From Clostridia bacterium (lineage in GTDB: Bacteria > Bacillota > Clostridia > UMGS1883): DNA of 64,000 bases. Below the pieces are notes generated by a model. That model ran no database searches and was not told the origin of the DNA. It saw only the letters and a list, made by a program, of their open reading frames with translations. The translations under genes were made by a program, and so were the position numbers. Shown here piece by piece: positions 20,433-29,521 of this stretch. The DNA is taken from the NCBI GenBank assembly GCA_051866635.1, contig JBJDXJ010000058.1, positions 25,873 through 89,872 of the forward strand. The letters are read 5' to 3'. Each line of letters begins with the position of its first letter. Position 1 is the first letter of the stretch.

Positions 20433-21005
20433 ATGATTGACGAAACACGAGAAAAAATACTACATTCAACTATGACTTTAATTATGGAAAAGGGCTACAG
20501 TGCTACCACAACAAAAGATATTGCAAAAAAAGCAGGGGTGAATGAATGTACCATTTTCCGAAAATTTACGGGCAAAAAAGAAATTGTAAGTGCCGCAATG
20601 AAACTGCCTCAATGGAACCCTTGCCTTAGGGAAAGCGATTTTGAATATACAGGCGACCTTATTAAAGATTTGTGCTCATTTGCAGAGGTTTATTCAAAAA
20701 AAGTAACACCCCGGATGGTAAAAATATCTTTAGGGTTACGCTCGCCTGATTTATATGATATAACTAAAGATGGCATACGTGAAATACCCGATACATTCAA
20801 AAAGGTTCTTGTTAAATATTTTACCCAAATGAAAGAGGAAGGTAAAATTAATACAGACAATATAGAAAGCTTGGCTATAGCTTTTTTGGCAATAAATTTT
20901 GGTTATGTGTTCTTTAAGGCTTCCTTTGGTGACGCCTTAACAGAGCTTCAGTCAAAGGAATATATAGAAAACAGTGTTTATCATTTTGTAAAGGGAATAT
21001 GTTAA
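20433..21005 (+). CDS. TetR/AcrR family regulator
   Basis: N-terminal 'GYSATTTKDIAKKAGVNECTIFRKF'. Confidence 0.92.
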   Translation: MIDETREKILHSTMTLIMEKGYSATTTKDIAKKAGVNECTIFRKFTGKKEIVSAAMKLPQWNPCLRESDFEYTGDLIKDLCSFAEVYSKKVTPRMVKISLGLRSPDLYDITKDGIREIPDTFKKVLVKYFTQMKEEGKINTDNIESLAIAFLAINFGYVFFKASFGDALTELQSKEYIENSVYHFVKGIC

Positions 21006-21041
21006 ATATGGTACTGAAACAGTACCATTTATTTTTAAAAT

Positions 21042-21063
21042 TAATGCAAGTGTTCACTTGCAA
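21042..21063. promoter_or_regulatory. Second copy of the TetR operator
   Basis: TAATGCAAGTgttcACTTGCAA upstream of the DUF1330-MBL genes. Confidence 0.75.
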
Positions 21064-21077
21064 GAGAGGGTGCAGTA

Positions 21078-21365
21078 ATGGTTTATTTTGTTGTAACATC
21101 ATATTATGACGAGGAAAAGGACAAGGAAGGTTACCTTGAATATATTGAAAAGGTTAAGCGTATTGTGAACAAATATCACGGCAGATACATTGTACGTTCC
21201 GAAAAAATTACCCCGCTTAATTCCAATTGGAAGCCTGACAGGGTTATTATTATTGAATTTGACACTCGTGAGCATCTTGAAATGTGTTTTTCCTCCCCGG
21301 AGTACAAAAGGATTTCTTCATTAAGGGAAAATTCTGTTGACAGTAATGCTATTATTATTGAATAA
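21078..21365 (+). CDS. DUF1330 domain protein
   Basis: 'KYHGRYIVR...W.PDRVIIIEF......CFSSPEY'. Confidence 0.85.
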   Translation: MVYFVVTSYYDEEKDKEGYLEYIEKVKRIVNKYHGRYIVRSEKITPLNSNWKPDRVIIIEFDTREHLEMCFSSPEYKRISSLRENSVDSNAIIIE

Positions 21366-21381
21366 AAAAGGAGCCTGAAGC

Positions 21382-22209
21382 ATGAAAATAAGTAATAACG
21401 TCCATTTAATACGAAAAGAGTTCTTTGTTACGCCTTTTGTTAAAAGATATGTGAATATTTATCTTATAACAGGTAAGTTTTGTTATCTGATAGACAGCGG
21501 TGTTTGCGGCACAGAAACATTAATCGAGGAATACATGAAAACCGTAGGCAGAAAAATGACAGATATAAAGGCGATATTTCTCACCCATTCCCATCCTGAC
21601 CACATAGGTGCGGCTTTTGAAATAAAAAGGCTCACCCATTGTGAAATATATGCACCTTCCCACGAACTGAATTGGATAGAGGATATCGACGCACAATTTT
21701 CTCAGCGTCCCATTCCAAATTTTTATAACCTGGTGCCAAAATCGGTAAAGGTAAATCACCCATTGACAAACGGTGATACCCTTCTTTTAGAGGAAGGCAT
21801 AAAAATCAAAGCATTATCCACTAAAGGTCATTCCCATGGCTCAATGTCCTATATACTTAACGATGAAGTTATTTTCACAGGAGATGCTATACCTGTGTCA
21901 GGTGATTTGCCCATTTTTGTTGATTATGAGGAAACATTAAAAAGCATTCACCTTATACAAAATATTCCAAATATTAAATACTATTGCCCGGCATGGGATG
22001 ATGTATGCTCTAAAGATATGCTTGACGGGGAAATAGTCAATACGAAAGCAATGCTTTTAAGATTAAAAAATGCGGTAATTCAGACAGAAAAAGAATTTCC
22101 CGCACTTTCAAAAGAGGAAAAAATACGGGAAATTTGCAAAAGGGCAGATATGATAGACTTTTCACGAAATCCGCTATTTATTAAAAGTATTGAAGCGTGC
22201 AGTAAATAA
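21382..22209 (+). CDS. MBL-fold metallo-hydrolase
   Basis: 'THSHPDHIG', 'GHSHGS' and 'FTGDA'. Confidence 0.9.
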   Translation: MKISNNVHLIRKEFFVTPFVKRYVNIYLITGKFCYLIDSGVCGTETLIEEYMKTVGRKMTDIKAIFLTHSHPDHIGAAFEIKRLTHCEIYAPSHELNWIEDIDAQFSQRPIPNFYNLVPKSVKVNHPLTNGDTLLLEEGIKIKALSTKGHSHGSMSYILNDEVIFTGDAIPVSGDLPIFVDYEETLKSIHLIQNIPNIKYYCPAWDDVCSKDMLDGEIVNTKAMLLRLKNAVIQTEKEFPALSKEEKIREICKRADMIDFSRNPLFIKSIEACSK

Positions 22210-22310
22210 ATTTCACTAAATTGAACATATTTTTCTTTTGAGATAATATACTCTTTTCTATCCATTTTCTGAATACGTGCCTTTTGCAAAAACCATACTA
22301 TAAATTGATG

Positions 22311-22901
22311 TTAATAGTCACTTTGCGGCAACTTGTTATACTGAACTATGTAGTCACCTGTAATTTTATTTATTTTCTTTTTATAAAGCAATGTATATTT
22401 TGCTTGTCCGATTGTATAATCCTTATCCCGCTTAGGAAAGAAAGAACGGCAAAAATGAAAATCAGAATTTTCAAGTTTGTCAAGAAATATGTATATATCT
22501 CTGCTGTTATAGGCTGATTGCAAAAGGTAATCAGCCTGTATTAGCGAAAATTTGTTTTTCCTTGAATTGTATTTAAAAATAATATCATTGCGGTCAAGCA
22601 TATCTTCCAAAAATTCAAAATACTCTATTCGCTCTTTCACAAAATCAAATTTTTCACTTTTTGACAATGTATCATAAGATATTTTCCCTCTCAGCACATA
22701 ATCAAATACCTTTTCCCTCGATGCTGTACGGAAAAAGTCATTGTCTATAAGCTTATGGAGTCCTGCCAAGTGCACAAACTCAGTTTTTGAAAAATTAATT
22801 GCTATTTTTGAAAGCCGCCCTTTTTTACCGAGAACAATTTCATACTGCGTATCAATCAGATTTTGGAAAGCTAACGCACATCTTTGCAATTTGTCTGTCA
22901 T
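22311..22901 (-). CDS. PBECR4-like (Barnase-EndoU-Colicin-RelE fold) putative endoribonuclease
   Basis: 'FSKTEFVHLAGLHKL', 'IQADYLL' and 'RSFF' motifs recalled as typical of PBECR4-domain proteins; RBS GAAAGGA. Confidence 0.75.
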   Translation of the reverse strand: MTDKLQRCALAFQNLIDTQYEIVLGKKGRLSKIAINFSKTEFVHLAGLHKLIDNDFFRTASREKVFDYVLRGKISYDTLSKSEKFDFVKERIEYFEFLEDMLDRNDIIFKYNSRKNKFSLIQADYLLQSAYNSRDIYIFLDKLENSDFHFCRSFFPKRDKDYTIGQAKYTLLYKKKINKITGDYIVQYNKLPQSDY

Positions 22902-22920
22902 TGTAAAATCCTTTCACATA

Positions 22921-22956
22921 ATTAAAAGCCGCCCTACCTAAAGCAGGACGGCTTTC
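22921..22956 (-). terminator. Intrinsic terminator between the leader RNA and the nuclease ORF
   Basis: Minus strand AAAGCCGTCCTGC-TTTAG-GTAGGGCGGCTTTT-AAT. Confidence 0.75.
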
Positions 22957-23097
22957 AGTGCATTTTCTTTCAGCACTATGCCTACTCCGATTTGAGGTTT
23001 TACTGCACAAACCCCTCCCGAAAGCTCCGTATGCCAACGCGTATCGGTACGCCCACATACATCTACACTTTAACAGACACACCTGTTGCCTGTTATC
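22921..23097 (-). ncRNA. Candidate structured ncRNA (putative RNA antitoxin) upstream of the PBECR4-like gene
   Basis: GC-richer ~175-nt segment between a consensus promoter and a terminator, with several pairable stems. Confidence 0.55.
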
Positions 23098-23103
23098 AGT
23101 ATT

Positions 23104-23132
23104 ATTATACTTGAAACTTGAAAATATGTCAA
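23104..23132 (-). promoter_or_regulatory. Consensus sigma-A promoter
   Basis: TTGACA (23132-23127), 17-bp spacer, TATAAT (23109-23104). Confidence 0.85.
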
Positions 23133-23199
23133 TACATTTAAAAATATTTTGCTCCTATCATTAGTTTTTTAAGCGAAAAATGCAAGTAATTTCATTATA

Positions 23200-24426
23200 C
23201 TATCTGTCAAGGGGCAAAAGTACGCCTCTGCCATACTTTTGTTCAAAGACCATATGTGCCGCATTTTCAACATCTTTTTTTGTAACGGAATCAATGGTTT
23301 TAACTGTTTCTTCAACATCTTTTACTTCGTTATATAAAAGCATATCCTTGCCCAAAGCACTCATACGGCTTGAGGGGTTTTCCATATCCATTAATATAGC
23401 CGCCTTAAGTTGCTCTTTACCCTTTGTAAGCTCGTAATCGGTAATTCCATCCTTTAAAAGAAGGGCAATTTCCTTATGTATCAATTCTTCCGCATCTTGT
23501 AAACAGGAATAGTTTAACCCTGTATAAACGCTGAAAAGGCCTGACACCTCCGTTTGTGAGGAATAGGAATAAATGCTGTAGCAAAGCCCACGTTCTTCAC
23601 GTACAGAACGGAATATTCTGCTTGACATACTGCCGCCGAAAATATTGCTAAGCACAGACAGGCTGTGTCCCATCTTATCATCGCCAAAAGGAAGAGTGGG
23701 GAAAGAAAGGCAGAAGTGTGCCTGTTCAATATCCTTTTCCCACGAAATATCCACAGGGGTAAAGGTGGGAACTATAATCCTGTCCCCCTTAAATTGGGTA
23801 AACCGTTTTTCAAAATATTTTTCTGCCAAGCGGGAAACTTTGTCCACATCAAACTTACCGCAAACGGTGATAACAGTGTTGTCGGGGGTGTAGTAGCGTG
23901 CCATATAGTCTGTCATATGGCACCTTTCAATTTTGTCAACAGAGTCAAAACTGCCTGCAATTTCACGGCCTATAGCACTTTCGGGGTAAACAGAGGCAAG
24001 GAGTCTGTCCTGAACCAAATCTTCGGGGCAGTCCTCGTACATACTGATTTCCTCTTTAATAACCCCACGTTCAATGTCAATATCCTTTTTGTCAAGCTTT
24101 GGGTTGTGGTAAATATCGGACAAAATATCAAAGCTTAATTCAATATGTTCGGGAAGGGTACGTGAATAGTAGCATGTGCAGTCACGGCTTGTAAAAGCAT
24201 TTGCCTGACCGCCCACATAGTCGGTCTGTTCATTTATCTCTTGTGCAGTGCGGTTTTCCGTGCCTTTGAAAACCATATGCTCGATAAAGTGGCTTATGCC
24301 CCATTCGGTTATTTTTTCGTTGGCACTTCCTGCCTTAACCCACACACCCACAAAAGTGGAATGTGCACCAATCATTTGTTCTGTTATCACACGTAAACCA
24401 TTTTTTAAAGTTATAATTTTCGCCAT
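23200..24426 (-). CDS. M16 (pitrilysin/insulinase-like) zinc peptidase
   Basis: HFIEH inverted zinc motif and 'NAFTS'; usual position downstream of pnp. Confidence 0.92.
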   Translation of the reverse strand: MAKIITLKNGLRVITEQMIGAHSTFVGVWVKAGSANEKITEWGISHFIEHMVFKGTENRTAQEINEQTDYVGGQANAFTSRDCTCYYSRTLPEHIELSFDILSDIYHNPKLDKKDIDIERGVIKEEISMYEDCPEDLVQDRLLASVYPESAIGREIAGSFDSVDKIERCHMTDYMARYYTPDNTVITVCGKFDVDKVSRLAEKYFEKRFTQFKGDRIIVPTFTPVDISWEKDIEQAHFCLSFPTLPFGDDKMGHSLSVLSNIFGGSMSSRIFRSVREERGLCYSIYSYSSQTEVSGLFSVYTGLNYSCLQDAEELIHKEIALLLKDGITDYELTKGKEQLKAAILMDMENPSSRMSALGKDMLLYNEVKDVEETVKTIDSVTKKDVENAAHMVFEQKYGRGVLLPLDR

Positions 24427-24446
24427 GTAATCACCTAAAAATCAAG

Positions 24447-24609
24447 GAGTTGTAAAAAAAGTCTCTAAAGAAATAAGTTAAGACCATTTGGGACAGTCCC
24501 CCTTATGGCAAATTGGGAGACAATTTGCCAAAGAAACCTTGCGAGGTTTTGTTGGGACAGTCCCGAAATGGTCTTTTTGTTATCTCATGTTGACTTTTTT
24601 TACAGCCAC
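24447..24609. mobile_element. MITE/REP-like element, copy 4 (complete, long subtype)
   Basis: Both TIRs present with slight degeneration; carries the extra hairpin AAACCTTGCGAGGTTT. Confidence 0.85.
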
Positions 24610-24760
24610 CTTAACTGCCGATAAACTAAATTTTAAAATCCACAAGGATTGCTGCATCGCACAATGAATAATTAATAATTATTGTGAATTTTCGCTTTCA
24701 AGGCGAAAATTTTCCGAAATTATTCATCATTCATTCTTAATTATTAATTACCCTTTGAGG

Positions 24761-26863
24761 TCATTCAGCAGAGGGCTGGGGTGCAGGAAGAGCATCTTTT
24801 CTGGAAAGGTTAATTCTGCCCATACGGTCAAATTCAATAACCTTAACCATGATTTCATCGCCCACAGAAACAACATCGGAAACCTTTTCAACCCTCTTAT
24901 GGTCAAGTTTTGAAATGTGAACCAAGCCTTCCTTACCGGGGAGGAATTCAACAAATGCACCAAAGTCCATAAGCTTTGTTACAGTACCGAGGAAAACTTC
25001 ACCTATTTCAATATTACCGCAAACACCGTTAATGAGCTTCATTGCCTTTTCTGCCCCTTCGGTATCTGTTGTAGAAATAAGAACTGTTCCGTCGTCCTCA
25101 ATGTCAATCTTAACGCCTGTCATAGCTGTGATCTTCTGGATTGTCTTACCCTGCTTACCTATGATGTCGCCAATCTTTTCGGGGTCAACCTGCATTGTGA
25201 AAATCTTGGGAGCGTACTTGCTGAGCTCTGCTCTGGGTTCTGCAATACAGGGAAGCATACATTCGTCAAGGATTTTATATCTTGCAATTTTTGTCTTTTC
25301 AAGTGCTTCACGGATGATTTCGGGCTTCAAACCGTCAATCTTAATATCAACCTGGATAGCTGTGATACCCTTCTTTGTACCTGCTACCTTAAAGTCCATA
25401 TCTCCGAAGAAGTCCTCAAGGCCCTGAATGTCAACCATTGTGATAAACCTGTCACCTTCTGTAACCAAGCCACAGGAAATACCGGCAACGGGAGCTTTAA
25501 TGGGAACGCCTGCATCCATAAGTGCAAGAGTTGAACCGCAGATACTGCCCTGAGAAGTTGAACCATTGGAGGAAAGAACTTCACTTACAAGACGAAGTGA
25601 ATAGGGGAATTCCTCACGGGAAGGGATAACGGGAACAAGTGCCTTTTCAGCTAAAGCACCGTGACCTATTTCACGTCTTCCGGGACCACGGCTTGCTCTT
25701 GTTTCACCAACAGAGTAGCTGGGGAAGTTGTAGTGATGCATATATCTCTTTTCAACTTCTTCATCAATACCGTCAAGGATCTGTGCTTCGGAGAGCATAC
25801 CCAAAGTTACGGTTGTCAACACCTGTGTCTGACCACGTGTAAAAAGACCTGTACCGTGAACACGGGGAAGAACACCAACTTCAGCGGAAAGAGGACGGAT
25901 TTCGTCAAGTTTACGGCCGTCAACACGTCTGCCTTCGTCTAAAATCCAACGGCGAACGATGTACTTCTGGAGCTTGTAAATAGCTTCGTCAATAAGTGTA
26001 GTTTCAACTTCGGGATACTTTTCAGCCATCTGTGCATAAACTTCTTCATATACGGGCTTAAGACGCTCTTCACGGATGTTCTTATCATCTGTGTCAAGAG
26101 CAAACTTCACCTTGTCAATGGCAAAAGCCTTAATATCTTCGTACAAATCTTCAGGAACTTCGATAGGTGTATATTCAATCTTTTCCTTACCGATTTCTTT
26201 CTGGATATTTTCAATGAAAAGACACATCTTAACAATTTCTTCATGTGCCTTCATGATTGATTCAAACATTAAATCTTCGGGGATTTCTCTGCCGCCTGCT
26301 TCAATCATGTTAACCTTTTCCTTAGTGCCTGCGATTGTAAGGAACATGTCACTTACTTCTCTCTGACTGAGGGTGGGGTTAATAACAATTTCACCGTCAA
26401 CAAGACCTACAGTAACACCGGCGATGGGACCGTTAAAGGGTGCAGGAGAAATACAAGCTGAAATGCTTGCACCAAGCATAGCCGCAACTTCGGGAGAACA
26501 GTCGGGGTCAACGCTCATTACCGTTGTTACGATGGACACGTCATTACGTAAATCCTTGGGGAACAAGGGACGCATGGGACGGTCAATACAACGTGATGCC
26601 AGGATTGCCTTTTCGGAAGGACGACCCTCTCTCTTTAAATAACTGCCGGGGATTTTACCTGCGGCATAAAGCTTTTCTTCATAATCTACTGCCAAAGGGA
26701 AGAAATCAACGCCTTCACGAGGCTTAGGTGAAATAGTACATGCAGCATGAACTGCTGTTTCGCCGTAGCGAACAAGACAGCTACCTGATGCCAATTGTGC
26801 CATCTTGCCTGTTTCAACAACAAGAGGACGACCGGCAAATGTTGTTTCAAATGTTCTGAACAT
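24761..26863 (-). CDS. pnp: Polyribonucleotide nucleotidyltransferase
   Basis: Two RNase PH domains ('RREIGHGALA', 'DMDFKVAG') plus KH and S1. Start moved to 'MFRTFE', which follows AGAAAGGA. Confidence 0.97.
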   Translation of the reverse strand: MFRTFETTFAGRPLVVETGKMAQLASGSCLVRYGETAVHAACTISPKPREGVDFFPLAVDYEEKLYAAGKIPGSYLKREGRPSEKAILASRCIDRPMRPLFPKDLRNDVSIVTTVMSVDPDCSPEVAAMLGASISACISPAPFNGPIAGVTVGLVDGEIVINPTLSQREVSDMFLTIAGTKEKVNMIEAGGREIPEDLMFESIMKAHEEIVKMCLFIENIQKEIGKEKIEYTPIEVPEDLYEDIKAFAIDKVKFALDTDDKNIREERLKPVYEEVYAQMAEKYPEVETTLIDEAIYKLQKYIVRRWILDEGRRVDGRKLDEIRPLSAEVGVLPRVHGTGLFTRGQTQVLTTVTLGMLSEAQILDGIDEEVEKRYMHHYNFPSYSVGETRASRGPGRREIGHGALAEKALVPVIPSREEFPYSLRLVSEVLSSNGSTSQGSICGSTLALMDAGVPIKAPVAGISCGLVTEGDRFITMVDIQGLEDFFGDMDFKVAGTKKGITAIQVDIKIDGLKPEIIREALEKTKIARYKILDECMLPCIAEPRAELSKYAPKIFTMQVDPEKIGDIIGKQGKTIQKITAMTGVKIDIEDDGTVLISTTDTEGAEKAMKLINGVCGNIEIGEVFLGTVTKLMDFGAFVEFLPGKEGLVHISKLDHKRVEKVSDVVSVGDEIMVKVIEFDRMGRINLSRKDALPAPQPSAE

Positions 26864-26915
26864 AATATACATCCTTTCTAAAATTCTATGCGGTCTCACC
26901 GCTGTAAGTTTTTTA

Positions 26916-27001
26916 GAGGACTTATGAGATATTATCACTTATATATATTTCCGATTTTCGGGGACATATATAAGTGATAAGCGAATAGTCATAAGCCCTC
27001 T
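26916..27001 (-). promoter_or_regulatory. Long stem-loop in the pnp leader (candidate RNase III site)
   Basis: GAGGACTTATGA/TCATAAGCCCTC and TTATCACTTATATAT/ATATATAAGTGATAA form one long interrupted hairpin. Confidence 0.55.
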
Positions 27002-27042
27002 CGCACCTGAAAATGGCAAATTTTGCCTTATTGTAAATATGA

Positions 27043-27077
27043 AAACAAGGCGGAACAGGGTTTGCTCCGCCTTGTTA
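27043..27077 (-). terminator. rpsO terminator
   Basis: AACAAGGCGGA...TCCGCCTTGTT stem with a U tract on the minus strand. Confidence 0.75.
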
Positions 27078-27081
27078 CAAA

Positions 27082-27345
27082 TTACTTTCTCAAGCCGAGT
27101 TTTGCAACGATTGCACGATAACGGTTGATATCCTTCTTTGTGAGGTAGTCAAGAAGACCACGTCTCTTACCAACCATCATAAGAAGACCACGTCTTGAAT
27201 GATGATCCTTCTTAAATTCCTTAAGGTGTTCGTTAAGGTGATTAATTCTCTCTGTAAGGAGAGCAATCTGTACTTCGGGAGAACCTGTGTCTGTAGGAGA
27301 CAACTGGAATTCCTTAATAATCTCTGCTTTTCTTTCGGGTGTCAT
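27082..27345 (-). CDS. rpsO: 30S ribosomal protein S15
   Basis: '[13 protein letters not shown]' and '[21 protein letters not shown]'. Confidence 0.98.
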   Translation of the reverse strand: MTPERKAEIIKEFQLSPTDTGSPEVQIALLTERINHLNEHLKEFKKDHHSRRGLLMMVGKRRGLLDYLTKKDINRYRAIVAKLGLRK

Positions 27346-27377
27346 AGTAGTACCTCCATAAATATAATAAAATTATT

Positions 27378-27436
27378 ATTCCCCACCAGCCAAAGAAAAA
27401 GGTCGGAGAACCCAGAACCCTTGACCGGGGACAAGG
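27378..27436 (-). ncRNA. Probable S15 autoregulatory leader
   Basis: Pairable TCCCC-GGTCAAGG...CTTTGGCT-GGGGA stem in the rpsO 5' UTR; S15 leaders are established in Firmicutes. Confidence 0.45.
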
Positions 27437-27534
27437 CTTATAAAGCCGTTTATTATATTAACACAAGAGGTATTTGTTGTCAAGTTTTTTTTGAGAAAAA
27501 AGACGCTGCTAATGCAACGCCTTTATGTATTAAT

Positions 27535-28575
27535 TTATCTTTGTACTCTGCCGCTTCCGTCGCCGCCCATAAGAGCTTCAACTTCCCCACGTGTAACCAT
27601 GTTCATATCGCCGGGGATTGTGTGCTTAAGTGCAGAAGCCGCAACACCGTATTCAAGTGCCGTTTTAAAATCTCTGCCGTCAAGCATACCGCAGATAACG
27701 CCTGCCGCAAAGCTGTCGCCGCCGCCTACACGGTCAACGATAGGACAAATTCTGTATTCACGGGAATGATAGAATTCCTTTGTGTCTCTGGAATAAATAC
27801 AAGCTGACCAACCGTTATCGGATGCAGAATGGGAAACACGAAGTGAGGAAATTACATATTCAAAGTTGAACTTTTCAACCATCTGTTCAAAAATGCTCTT
27901 ATATCCTGCCAATTCCAATTCACCGCTTGTAACATCAGTGTCACCGGGCTTGAAGCCAAGAACCTTTTCAGCATCTTCTTCGTTACCGATACATACATCA
28001 ACGTACTGCATAAGGTTTGTCATAACCTTCTGTGCCTTTTCACTGCTCCAGAGCTTTTTACGGAAGTTAAGGTCACAGGAAACCTTTACGCCATGTTCCT
28101 TAGCCTTTTTAAGAGCTACTTCTGTCAATTCAGCTGCCGCATCACTTACAGCAGGTGTAATACCTGTAAAGTGGAACCAGTCACAACCTTCAAAGATTTT
28201 GTCAAAGTCAAAATCTTCTGCTACAGCTGTTGAAATGGAAGAATGAGCACGGTCATAAACAACATTGCTGGCACGCATTGAAGCACCTGTTTCAAGGAAA
28301 TAAATACCAAGTCTTTCGCCGCCGCGAGCAATGTTTTGTGTGCCTACGTTCATCTTGCGTAAAGATGCAACTGCACATTCACCGATGGGGTTTGAGGGAA
28401 CCTTTGTTACAAATTCAGCCTCGTGACCGTAATTTGCCAAAGATACTGCCACATTGGCTTCACCGCCGCCATAGCAAACGTCAAATTCGTCTGCCTGAAG
28501 AAATCTTTCATTACCGGGTGTTGAAAGTCTGAGCATGATTTCACCCATTGTTACTACTTTTGCCATTGGAAACAA
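27535..28575 (-). CDS. kdgK: 2-keto-3-deoxygluconate kinase (PfkB family)
   Basis: 'GEIMLRLS', 'GGGEANVA', 'DLNFRKKLW' and 'DRVGGGDSF'; next to kduI/kduD. Confidence 0.88.
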   Translation of the reverse strand: MFPMAKVVTMGEIMLRLSTPGNERFLQADEFDVCYGGGEANVAVSLANYGHEAEFVTKVPSNPIGECAVASLRKMNVGTQNIARGGERLGIYFLETGASMRASNVVYDRAHSSISTAVAEDFDFDKIFEGCDWFHFTGITPAVSDAAAELTEVALKKAKEHGVKVSCDLNFRKKLWSSEKAQKVMTNLMQYVDVCIGNEEDAEKVLGFKPGDTDVTSGELELAGYKSIFEQMVEKFNFEYVISSLRVSHSASDNGWSACIYSRDTKEFYHSREYRICPIVDRVGGGDSFAAGVICGMLDGRDFKTALEYGVAASALKHTIPGDMNMVTRGEVEALMGGDGSGRVQR

Positions 28576-28749
28576 CTCCTTATATAATATAAAATAAGAT
28601 AATTAATTATTTAAACTAAAATCCGGTTATGTCAGCAAACACAAAATCTGAAATAGATTCTGTCAGATTGTGCTTTTGCATGAACGCCGTGTACTATGTG
28701 TACACAAGTGAAATGCAAAAGTGCGAGATGGACAATTTTATCCGCAATT

Positions 28750-29388
28750 TTAAAAGCCTACGTCTTCGGCGATGACTATAACATTGAAGCGTCCGGGATG
28801 CTTACGTCCGTTATGTATGATGCTTGTGGCATTACATACACTTTGCTGAATTTCGCAGTGTTCGCATTTGCCTGTTACGGCACAGGGGGTCTGGTGACCG
28901 ATACGCTTTGCGTTTGCGGGAGCAATTTGCTTAATGCGGTCAAATGCCGCAGGAAGGTCGTCAACAACCTTGTTTGCACCTACAACGATTAAAACCTTGT
29001 CGGGACCGAATATGATACCGCCTGCACGGTTACCGGAAGAGTCGGTGTTGACGATTTCACCGTCACGTGTGATTGCATTACTGCCTGTAACAAGCCAGTC
29101 AGCCATCATACTTTCACGGTAAACCTTGTAACATTCCTCGTAACTTCCTGTTGCGTAACGGTCGTAAAAACGGTATTTATCGCTTCTGAAAACTTCAACC
29201 ATGCCCATGTCGCCTAATGTTACACTGCCGCCCATTGCAATAGATGAGCCTTCGGGGATAGTGTCAATAATCATCTGCTTTGCTTCGTCGCAGTTTTCTG
29301 CGTAACGGGCATTGTAGCCCTTATCGTTTAAAATGTCAACAATTTCTTTTGCAATTTGCTGACATTGCCATTTTCTTGCCCAATGCAT
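28750..29388 (-). CDS. LUD-domain (lactate utilization-like) protein
   Basis: 'GGSVTL', 'NAIT.DGEIVN.D..GNR', 'GANKVV' and CAVTGKC. Start moved to 'MHWARK', which follows AAAGGAGG. Confidence 0.85.
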   Translation of the reverse strand: MHWARKWQCQQIAKEIVDILNDKGYNARYAENCDEAKQMIIDTIPEGSSIAMGGSVTLGDMGMVEVFRSDKYRFYDRYATGSYEECYKVYRESMMADWLVTGSNAITRDGEIVNTDSSGNRAGGIIFGPDKVLIVVGANKVVDDLPAAFDRIKQIAPANAKRIGHQTPCAVTGKCEHCEIQQSVCNATSIIHNGRKHPGRFNVIVIAEDVGF

Positions 29389-29521
29389 AATATATTGTCC
29401 TCCTTTAAAGGTACGGGTACAGGGCTGCTTTTTGAAATCGGGAGACGATTTCAAAAAAACATCTGCGGATGTTTGTCACCCACTGTTCCCGTCAGATTTC
29501 TTTTGCCGCAAAAGAAATAAT

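Noticed and set aside
22852-23164. ORFs 22852..23082 (-) and 22958..23164 (+) as a protein antitoxin
   Set aside because: No RBS, atypical composition; the minus ORF runs through the terminator and the plus ORF through the promoter. An RNA interpretation fits better, though a peptide is not formally excluded.
24917-27807. Long antisense ORFs over pnp and rpsO (similarly over gap and kduD)
   Set aside because: Shadow frames caused by codon bias of highly expressed genes.
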